A stretch of 60,725 bases of DNA, counting the filler, from Basidiobolus ranarum (lineage: Eukaryota): NCBI GenBank assembly GCA_040143965.1. It is 17 parts of 17 records of this genome, joined end to end, with 100 filler letters (N's around TTAATTAATTAA, not from the genome) between each part and the next. Parts side by side here need not be neighbours in the genome. Positions count along the whole stretch, not along the records: positions 50,128 to 53,594 come from JASJQH010009346.1; positions 53,695 to 57,160 come from JASJQH010009347.1; positions 57,261 to 60,725 come from JASJQH010009348.1; 14 more parts are not named here. One strand, 5' to 3'. This document shows positions 51,779 through 60,725 of the stretch, in pieces; positions within the stretch are counted from its first letter, which is position 1; each line of letters opens with the position of its first letter. The notes below the pieces were generated by a model. That model was not told the origin of the DNA. It ran no database searches and saw only the letters and a program-made list of their open reading frames with translations. A program made the position numbers and the translations under genes.

Positions 51779-52567
51779 TAGTGTATATTATTTGAATACC
51801 TACAGTGGATATTATTTGGATATATATATAACTTGGTCAAAATTGCCGAAAAGGGGGCTCGTAACAAGGGTACTCTACTGCGGATAGATGCTCCAGATAA
51901 TTCTAACTTGGTGGCATCCCTTGTGTCACACGCCACCACAAATGTACTGAGTTCCCGATACATTAAGGAATATGAAGACTACATAACTTAGCGGTGATAT
52001 CTTTGTAGAAATTGATAACTTCCACGTTACTAAGATATGCATAATTTGAGATAATCATGCTCTTGATGTATATATATACCCTAACCCTAAATAAATATTT
52101 CTCAATACCACATGACCATCATTTCACAGATATGACTTAATCCATAATCAACACATGCGTCCTATACAATGCCCGTATGTTTTGATAGACTAAACAATCA
52201 TCTGCCAAAGATCGAGGTTTTTATTGAGTTAAAATCAAGATTTCATTATTGAAGTGGTCACTCAAAGTGAATGAATTTTTGGTATGGAAGAGGAGAAAAG
52301 AAAGTGATATTAATGGATTGAAATACACATAGATTCAGTTACAATCAATGATCTTTCATATCTTTTATATCAACTCAATTGTATCAGGATCGAACACAGA
52401 AGATCGAACACAGGAAAGCAAATCAATGTGCAATGGCAAAAAGAGGAAGGAGGAAAGAGATAATAGGAAATATCAAACTATTGAACAGAATGAGATTATT
52501 AATGTGTGAGATCTACTAGCGGGAAGGCTGATAGAACCAGATAAATTCATCATGCAATAGGCACCGA

Positions 52568-53594
52568 TTAGGGTTGCACAGGTGGGATATTCTCGTAACT
52601 CCATAAACGGGCACGGCAATCACCAGAAGCAGTGGCGAACAAGCCTCCCATAGGGCTTAGGTTAATGGAGATTACTACAAGAAATGAGAGTTAGAACCAC
52701 ACCACACAACAAATTGAAAGTTCCGAATCAGCATTTACCTGAATTCTTGTGTCCCTGAAGCATAAATTGAGTATGAGCTGTTGTGGGATCCCAGAATTGA
52801 ACTCCACGATCCTTGGAGCCAGACACTATCCAGTTCCCGCATGGAGAGCAAGCAACAGATAAGACGAAGTCCTAGAAATATCTCGAATCAACAGAGTGTT
52901 CATACCCACGCTCTAGAATATATCTACTAACCTTATGGCCAACGAAAGTAGTCCTGCATGGATTAGGCTTCTGACCCATGTTGTTAGCATTCTTGTTACT
53001 GAGAATTTCCCACATTTTAATGGTTTTATCCAAAGACCCAGAGATCAACGATTTACCTAAGTATATGTAATGAGTGACAGATTCTGTGAGTGAAGAATCC
53101 ACGGTTCCTCAACTTACCATCTGGTGTGAATGCAATGGAATATACGCTATCCTTATGCCCCTCGAGCTTTTCCAAGAGTTGACCAGTTTGGACATCCCAA
53201 ACTCTGACCATCTTATCCAAAGAACCGGCAGCAACTAAGCGACCATCAGGACTGAAAGCAACTGAAGTAACTCCAGCCTCCTTGGGTCCATTGTCTTCGA
53301 TCACTAAAGTATATACACACTTGCCACTCTCCATGTCCCAGATTCTGGCAGTTCTATCTCCCGAACCAGAAACAATCAAGCGACCATCTCGAGAGAAATC
53401 GAGAGAATAAATGTCTTGCTCGTGACCTTGGAAAAGATTACGAATTCTCTTTCTAGCAATGTCCCAAATCTAAGTTGTTGAATGTTAGTATGCAATAATC
53501 AATTCTCAGGGTTAGCATAGACATTCACTTACTCGAATTTGCTTGTCTTCTGCTCCGGTAGCCAAGAATTTTCCGTCAGGACTGAAGCATACAG
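52568..53594 (-). CDS. TUP1: Tup1 WD40 corepressor, C-terminal part, multi-exon, 5'-truncated
   Basis: [81 protein letters not shown]. Confidence 0.95.
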
Positions 53595-53694
53595 NNNNNN
53601 NNNNNNNNNNNNNNNNNNNNNNNNNNNNNNNNNNNNNNTTAATTAATTAANNNNNNNNNNNNNNNNNNNNNNNNNNNNNNNNNNNNNNNNNNNN

Positions 53695-54610
53695 CAGTCA
53701 ATCCCGCCCCATATATATGAACATCACCATGACAATCTAGCAGAGCACAATATGTGTCAGACCATTAAGCCTACACAACAACCCAAAATTGCTTGGGCAC
53801 ATGAAAGTAGAAATCCCATAGGAAAACCAGCAGACCAATAGACTCTGAATGTCAGAGCTGCCATCACTTGCTCTGATGATGAGTGGATTATTTGTGTAAT
53901 AATCTGACAGTACTTCTAGGAAAGCTGCATGAAAGATTTCTTGGTGAGATAGATGCATATACACAGTAATATGGTTTTAGCCATGGGGTAATCTATTCAA
54001 GCAACAACTCATCTACTTGTATCAGAAAATTTGTTGACTGCAAGTTGGGGATATATTGGCTGAATTCTTTATGGAAATTTCCCATAATCCAAGAGCTGAT
54101 TCTCATTATGTATGGTAACAAGAGTCACCTATTTGCCAAGTGTCAGTACTATTCAAAATTTCAGATGTTTAGCAATTTTTCCAATGTTAGATTGCTGGTA
54201 ATGCATATTGATGTTGTTGAGTTATGTCTGATCAGTCATGAATATGCATATATAGAGACTAAACACAACAAGATTCTTGTATTTTTGATCCTTGTGATGG
54301 CTCAAATACAAAGCCTAAAATATCTAAATAAAGGCATGCATATATATTCAAATTCCTACAGCAGTAAACCCCGTAATTTGCCATTTGAAAATTGTATTTT
54401 GCAAAAATTGCCTGAAATTAATAATGCCTGCCAAATATGTGGATCAACATTTTAACATGTATGAATTTCGTATTAATACCATCAAGAAACCGTCATCACA
54501 CGATTAAAATCCCTAGCAGAATGCAAGACACCAATATTGTGATGGTTTTCTGACAGTTTTGCAATTTAGAAGGGTGCATCCAATCCGGATCAAATCAACT
54601 TTATTTTTGT
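53695..54610 (+). mobile_element. EnSpm-family remnants
   Basis: Homologous to 25920-26720 and 47710-48420. Confidence 0.75.
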
Positions 54611-55479
54611 TAGAAGAAGTGTGGATGCCCTGTTGAGATTCTGAGGCACAAAGGAGCTAACTTTATGGTTTTCTCACTGCCACAGTAATGTCTGGATGTG
54701 TTGCAACCATTATGCACATTATACTACACTCCATGACCAATAATGGAAACCTTGCTTTGAATATGGCATTTTAGGCTAAACAAGGTAAAACATTGAATAA
54801 TCCACATTGGTATCCAGTGGTGTGGACACAGGCTTGGAATTCTTCACATTGCAGTACTTTAGGATATCTGAGATTGATCTAGACTAATTCAGCTTGATTT
54901 GCTGATTTCACTTATCTCTCTTGTTTGGATTCCAAGGCAATTGCAGCATCTACCAATATCAGTCATCTAAAGTATGTATGCAAGCAAACTTTTGTCTGAT
55001 TGGGTGCTTATAGAACATTTGTAGATATATTAAGGTTATCCACATATTGCTTGAAGGTAGGGATCCTATTACCAGCAATTTGGATATAAATACTGTGATC
55101 TATTGTGTATTTTTATACCCCAATAGTTATAAACAGGCATCAATCCTATTGTACCATGGCCTGGTTGCATGCCTCAGTCCATATAGTAACTTGTGCTGTT
55201 TACAGACTATATGAGGAAGTTTTGGGTCAGTAAACTCATCTGTTTACTCCATGCAGATCTCTTGCTTGGAATTTCCACACAGCTAGGCTGGTTTGATTTC
55301 TATTGATGCAAATGATGGTTGTAAGGCTGAGAGTGCCAGGAATGATTTATTGGAGCTAGACTAAGCACACAGGAGCAAAGGTGTCATAAATCCACTTCTG
55401 AGGTCTGCCAGTAACCTCTTACAGCTGGCCTTGCCTTCTACCTTTGAATGATTCAATCAGCTAAGTTTTTCATTTTGTT

Positions 55480-55990
55480 AGGCCATTTGCAACCTGATTG
55501 TTTTCTTCCCAAATGTAGAAAAGGGATCATCTATTTGTGTCTTCCCAATGAGTGACTGCTCAGTAAGACTCAGACACATGGTACATTGATTCAGTGACAT
55601 CCTATATTGTGCTAATCAAGAAAGATTGGTTTTCCTGCTGAAAACCCATCCAAACAAAGAAATTCTACCAAGATGATGGCTAAGCACTAGATGCAGTTGG
55701 TAGGTGCACAGTTGTGCTCATTTATACCAAAACTCATCTACACCATATTCAAAATTGGCTAATACACTCTATATACCAAAAATGACCAGGAATCTACTCT
55801 CAGTAAGCCAAGCAACAGCTCAAAGGACTGAACTCTGTGCTCAGCAAAGCTGGATGCACTATCAATGATCAGAATAATAACAAATTACTTCTGAGATCAA
55901 ATCCACTCAGAATTTTTCCCTGGTTCTTTCTGCAATATGCAGGCCCAAGAAAAATACCTTGCTAGGCAGCAAAAGGTACTTTATGACCTT
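55480..55990 (+). mobile_element. Ty1/copia protease-region remnant
   Basis: WYIDS...KDWFS and IPKMTRNLLSVSQ motifs. Confidence 0.65.
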
Positions 55991-56319
55991 TATTGTTAAC
56001 TAAACAAGATATAATTGGGTAATCTCTCTCCGTTCAAAATATAAAGCCTGAACTTGTTGGGAAAATATGGGCTGTTTGGAGGAACTTTAGAAAAGTGGAG
56101 TTGTGAATGGCTTTGTGAGATAATTATATATTGTCTAGCAATAGAGCAATTATACATTTTGGTGAAAATACAGAAAGCTAACACTTGTGTTGTGCTTAGG
56201 ACATCTGTGGGAGTAAAATGAGCTATCTTTGGGGCTACTTGGATGAGTTTGAAATTTCCAATATGGAATTGCTTATTCTCACATTATTCAGATATTTATA
56301 TTATTAATTTGTTCCCTGT

Positions 56320-57160
56320 GATAGTGCCAGAGTGTGCTGTATATATCACATTGGATAAATTAATCTAAAAATTATGCAGCACAATTTGGCACTATCCAGC
56401 ACCCTCTGGCTTGATTAATTTCAATGACATGAACTCTAATATAGTGATCCAAGGGCCAATTAAGTCTGGCACAATGGAGCAAGTCCAATATATGATCTAA
56501 TCTGCAGTTAAGTGCTATTTGACTAGTAATGTTAATAAATTTATATGTGATATATGAAGTGGCTAGGTGTATAAAGATAGAGATAACAAATATGATAAAG
56601 ATAATATACTTCAACACTCCCACTCAACTAATTGTTCATATATCTTAATCCTAACTTAAATCTTAAATCTTCAAATTTTTGCTTGGTAATGATTTGGTAA
56701 CAATGTCAGCATTCATATCCTCAGTTGGACAGTACTCTAGTTGAATGTGATTCTTCTCAATAGCATCCTTAACAAAGTGATGTTGAATGTCAAAGTGCTT
56801 AATTCCAGCATGAAATTTGAGCTTTTTAGATAAAGAGATACAACTTGGAATATCCTTGAAAATTATGGTTGGTGAACTTTGAAAAATGTCCAAGTTTTTG
56901 AACCATTTTCTTAACCACATAGCCTTCTTTGTGGTATGTGATGCTGCCATGTACTCTGCTTCAGTTGTTGAAAGTGCTATGGTGGGTTGTTTATTGCAAT
57001 TCCAAGATATGACTGTCTCACTATAGAGAAAGGTATATCCAGTGATAGATCTTCTGTCCTCAATATTATATCCCCAATCTGCATCACTAAGCCCAAGATC
57101 CTTTTCCTCATAAGAATATGTGTATCTTAATCCCAGAGCAATTGTCCCCTTCAAATATCT
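56320..57160 (-). mobile_element. Ty1/copia 3' end: RNase H, PPT (56617-56627) and 3' LTR starting TGTTGAAG at 56616
   Basis: SDADWG..DRRSITGY, IALSTTEAEYMA, KHFDIQHHFV, ADIVTKSL, followed on the minus strand by TTGAGTGGGAG-TGTTG. Confidence 0.92.
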
Positions 57161-57260
57161 NNNNNNNNNNNNNNNNNNNNNNNNNNNNNNNNNNNNNNNN
57201 NNNNTTAATTAATTAANNNNNNNNNNNNNNNNNNNNNNNNNNNNNNNNNNNNNNNNNNNN

Positions 57261-57750
57261 CATTCCACTTCACATCAAGCCTAGAATGCTTGAATTAACT
57301 TGGACCGAAGGTTTCTTGAACTTGTCCTATTTCCTAGATCTTATAACCAAGGAAGAGGCCAAAAAGGTTTCCCCTCATCTTCACACCTTGACTCGCGCAG
57401 AACAAATCAATTATATCTGGTCAAAGGCCTCCCCTGATAGAATTAAGGAGTTGGAGATTTATCAGATTCAACTTGAAAAATGGGTCGACATCGCTGAGCC
57501 TTTACTCAAATGTGGTCGTAATTATGAACCTAGTGGCAATGTAGAGCAAGTATCCATATTTTACGCCATCCCTCTAGCTGGAAAGAAGGAAGATTGGTTA
57601 AACGGAATGCTTAAAGGATGGGATGAGTTCTCTCGAAAGGCTAACAATTATATCGATGTACCTGGTGCCCACTACACACTGATGAATCATCACTACGTTC
57701 CTTCGTTCCAAAAGTACCTCAGAGCAGAACTAAGTCGATCAGGAATTTGA
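57261..57750 (+). CDS. C-terminal thioesterase domain of an A-T-TE NRPS-like quinone synthetase (atromentin synthetase AtrA/GreA/InvA type), 5'-truncated
   Basis: IPLHIKPRM.E..W..G.LNLSYFL, WVDIA..L..CG..Y.PSG.V, FYAIPL.G.K.DWLN, DVPG.HYTLM...VP.FQK closely follow the recalled AtrA/InvA C-terminus. Confidence 0.85.
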
Positions 57751-58649
57751 ATCTCCAATTTTTGCTCGTTTAGCAAAAAATCTAGAATAACTGCAACCAT
57801 CAAACTAAATATCATTCTAAATAACATTCTAGTACATGTGTGGCCTATGCATCTATTTACGTCGAACTGTAAATGGCCAAAATAGAGGTAAATGAAGTTG
57901 ATTATACAAATAACCATTTGGTCAAACTTCCTATCCTTAGGTGTCGATGCTCTGTTACCAGTGATACGTGTACCCCAAATCTTTAATAACTTTGTCTCCC
58001 CCGATTATTCCGTTTTGTCCAACTATTCAAAATTATACTTATGCGCCCATAGTGAAGCTGTTTATTATCACATCATTCTTTGATAATCACCAAATCTTGA
58101 CCATGAGGAAATGGTAACCGCGGTTAATATTGAGTTCTAATGTGAATATTTAAACCTTTACCTAGATAAATTCTAGGAATGGATGTCAAGTGAAAGGATA
58201 AAACACTGCTTTTGGCAGCTGTAAGAATTACTGACAGTCGAGCAGCTACTTGAAATATAGAAAAATTCAAAGTTTGTCTACGTTTCACACCTTACTAACT
58301 GATCAATCATTGGTTATTTGATCAAAGGACAGAGAGTTATCCAATAAAATTGTAGTAAACAAAAATAAAGTTTGACCTAAAACTAGGCCTATCAGTAACT
58401 CTATCCGTGAAAAAGATCGTTTCATTGTAACAGTGTTCATGAGTGGATCGTCAAGCGGTAAACGACTGAAGGAGTAATAGCTAGTAGGTAATGTAGAGAC
58501 GATAATGCGTGGCTAGAAACATTAAATGGGAGTATATAATACGAATCATCCACTTTGAGAGATTTAGGAGAGCAACTCTTACTTGACGATATGAAGGAGA
58601 ATTTAACGGGAAGTTGAATATTATCGAGTAAATCGTCGAAACAAGAATG

Positions 58650-59190
58650 CCATTGAAATATAAGCAGCCTACCTTGGATATCAACATTGCTTTAGCCTAC
58701 TTATGCAGAATTTTCGAGATGCCTTCGGATGATATGTGTGTGAAAGAATCCCTCGTCAGTATGGGTGGTACTTTACTAGAAGTCGTACAGAAAGTTAATT
58801 TTCTTTGCATAGCTCCATGTATTTACAAATCAAGTCTATATAGATATAAAGCAATAATTATCAAATAATAGTCATTACTATTAAAGTAAAGCTAGGATTC
58901 CATAATGGGATTGCCAAAAGGCCATTTGTTGATATCCTTTTCTATTATAGAATTGGCCAGTCATCGGAATTATGCAGCATCCAACTATTCGAGCCCTTGC
59001 AACACACTTGGATGAATCCAAATCGACTGCCAATGCAGATTTACCAAACCAGAACTATGATCTAGTTGTCCCGTTACAGGTAACAGGATTAGGTGTACGC
59101 ATGTTCTTTGTCCACCCTAGAGTAGAGGAAGTCTATTTTCTAAACCTCAAAGGCGAAATTAATCACTTGGCTCTAAATATATTGGTCTAA
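58650..59190 (+). pseudogene. Decayed T-TE junction of a second NRPS-like quinone synthetase copy
   Basis: ESLVSMGGTLLEVV (PCP motif, Ser lost), QHPTIRALA, YDLVVPLQVTG..MFFVHPRVEEV (cf. YDPIVPLQ.TG..P.F.VHPGVGEV); interrupted. Confidence 0.75.
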
Positions 59191-59489
59191 TCACCAGAAG
59201 CAGAGCTCTGTGATTTAGGCCCAGATAGCTCACCGAATATGATCTCTCAAGTACTCCAGATGTCACTCCCAGACCAGTAAGATCAAACACCTGGCCAAAT
59301 TTTCATTGTGCTTCCTTTGAACAATCCGCCGGTCACGTAAATATTGAAACATGATTGGATCTGATTTCACTGAATCAATTGAGGAATGCTACAGTGAATG
59401 GTTGCAATGAAGATTGTTTAACCCAATAGTGTTCCTTTATTCAAAAGTCAATATTACTTAAGAGCAGTTAGTCTTGATTGGGTTTCCCA

Positions 59490-60725
59490 TTAATAAGTGA
59501 ATCGGAAATCTAATCTGTCGTTGCCGACGTGTTGAGTAGTTTGATTGTACACTTTTTTGTCTTCCGCAGACATTGAGTTCCATATTAAATCTCTTCTACG
59601 ATTGAGAACAACGTAACGGTAGCGTTGGCCTATGAAAAGCAGAATGGTGAAGAAGGCGAGCCCGATGTTAATCCAGTTGCCCCTGTGAAACCTTGGCTTA
59701 TCATCGTCGCGATATATTTGACTACCGACGAGTCCATTGATGTTAACTGACATAATGTACATGGCTAGCCCTATGGACCGTTTTCCCATAGGGGCTACAT
59801 TCTCCGTGAGCCATGCAGCATTAATTGGATGCCAGAATGGCCAACCGACCGTGAAGATTATAACACCATACAGCGCCCATCTATTAGTACTGTCAGGTAG
59901 AAGCTGCAGTAAGAACAGGCCTACCAAAAACCATGTCATACCAACTACGCCATGCCATGCACGATCCTTCACCCGGTCACTGTTTCGAGTCAGAGCAAGC
60001 ATGGCAAGGAATTTGAGAAGATGGGCAGGAACGGTTAGCAAGTTACTGACGACCGTACTAAATCCTAAACTTTTAATGATGAGTGGCATGTAAGACGTAA
60101 CAGGACCAGGTGCCATTAGTCCAAAGAAACCAATCAAAAGATGCCCCCAGATACGAGTATCCTTCAATGCAGCAATCAAATCTGTTTTCTTCACACCTTC
60201 TCGACGACCAATTGCTTTACTGGGATCGTCACGAATTAGACGAGTTACCAAAATCTTGACTTCTCTATCGTCAAACCACCCATTTTTTCCTCTTAATAGT
60301 CCTTTTGTTCTAGCAGGACCTTCCGGAAGATAGAAGAAGGTGAAGATTGCAACAATCACAGTGCAGACACCATCAATCAGAAAAAGCCATTGCCAGCCCT
60401 TGAGACCAGCTACGCCACGTAGACGAAGGACACCAAAAGAAATGAGCCCGGAAGATGCATCAGCCAGAGCCAAAACACCCCAGAACCAAGATAAACGGGT
60501 GGCCAATTCTTCCTTTGTGTAGTATGTGGTCATGTAACGGATGATTCCAGGAACATAACCGGCCTCTGTTAGGCCAAGAAATAGGCGACACAGAAGGAAA
60601 GAGGTTTTATCGTGCATAAACGCTTGAGCCCAACTGACAGTACCCCACAAGAACATCAAGAGAGGAATCCATCGTTCTGCCCCTATTTGACGAATCACCA
60701 TATTTGATGGGATCTCCAGACTCAC
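59490..60725 (-). CDS. MFS transporter, anion:cation symporter (Dal5/Tna1-like) family, 5'-truncated
   Basis: EIPSN, RLFLGLTEAGYVPG, YYTKEELATRLSWF, GLKGWQWLFLIDG, C-terminal DRLDFRFTY. Confidence 0.92.
   Translation of the reverse strand: MSLEIPSNMVIRQIGAERWIPLLMFLWGTVSWAQAFMHDKTSFLLCRLFLGLTEAGYVPGIIRYMTTYYTKEELATRLSWFWGVLALADASSGLISFGVLRLRGVAGLKGWQWLFLIDGVCTVIVAIFTFFYLPEGPARTKGLLRGKNGWFDDREVKILVTRLIRDDPSKAIGRREGVKKTDLIAALKDTRIWGHLLIGFFGLMAPGPVTSYMPLIIKSLGFSTVVSNLLTVPAHLLKFLAMLALTRNSDRVKDRAWHGVVGMTWFLVGLFLLQLLPDSTNRWALYGVIIFTVGWPFWHPINAAWLTENVAPMGKRSIGLAMYIMSVNINGLVGSQIYRDDDKPRFHRGNWINIGLAFFTILLFIGQRYRYVVLNRRRDLIWNSMSAEDKKVYNQTTQHVGNDRLDFRFTY

Larger units (their letters stand above)
3492..57260. 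other. 16 artificial 100-bp contig spacers (N44-TTAATTAATTAA-N44) starting at 3492, 7080, 10667, 14254, 17838, 21420, 25001, 28580, 32157, 35734, 39310, 42885, 46458, 50028, 53595 and 57161
   Basis: Identical spacer with stops in all six frames. The intervening contigs decrease in length from 3491 to 3465 bp, i.e. a size-sorted concatenation. Confidence 0.99.

Noticed and set aside
52078..52091. CCCTAACCCTAA telomere-like motif (also TTAGGG-like near 18840 and 40600)
   Set aside because: Only 1-2 units and internal to contigs; not a telomeric array.
3492..57260. Regularly spaced TTAATTAATTAA palindromes every ~3.58 kb, resembling an array
   Set aside because: Artificial linker between size-sorted contigs. 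ORF tails ending XXXLIN are artefacts.
1..60725. Gene neighbourhoods across spacers (e.g. copia next to NRPS, PMA1 next to SH3 protein)
   Set aside because: Adjacent contigs are not physically linked; only within-contig synteny was used.
1..60725. CRISPR arrays, rRNA or tRNA genes, prokaryotic operons
   Set aside because: None recognisable; the sequence is eukaryotic with spliceosomal introns.

Overview
This window is not a continuous locus. It is 17 unrelated contigs of about 3.47-3.49 kb, sorted by decreasing length and joined by artificial 100-bp N44-TTAATTAATTAA-N44 spacers. The DNA is from a fungal nuclear genome, with short GT-AG introns and CTAAC/TGAC-like branch sites. Gene content and style suggest an early-diverging fungus such as Basidiobolus (inference only). 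About half the contigs carry host genes, mostly truncated: SGM1/TMF1, an HSF-type factor, an ARM-like protein, eEF3/NEW1, RAD5, two tandem PMA1 copies, a two-SH3 protein, a GDPD, an EcKL/APH kinase, TUP1, a quinone-synthetase-type NRPS-like thioesterase and an ACS-family MFS transporter. The remainder is strongly CpG-depleted transposon debris: CACTA/EnSpm Transposase_21 copies, Ty1/copia, Ty3/gypsy and a TGTTGAA-ended MITE. The most notable observations are (1) an atromentin-synthetase-like A-T-TE gene end with a decayed duplicate beside a transporter, (2) single in-frame TGA codons in otherwise intact eEF3/NEW1 and RAD5, (3) a bacterial-type SH3-like ORF inserted in an EnSpm transposase, and (4) an intronless EcKL/APH kinase. 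All homology calls are from recalled motifs; no searches were run.
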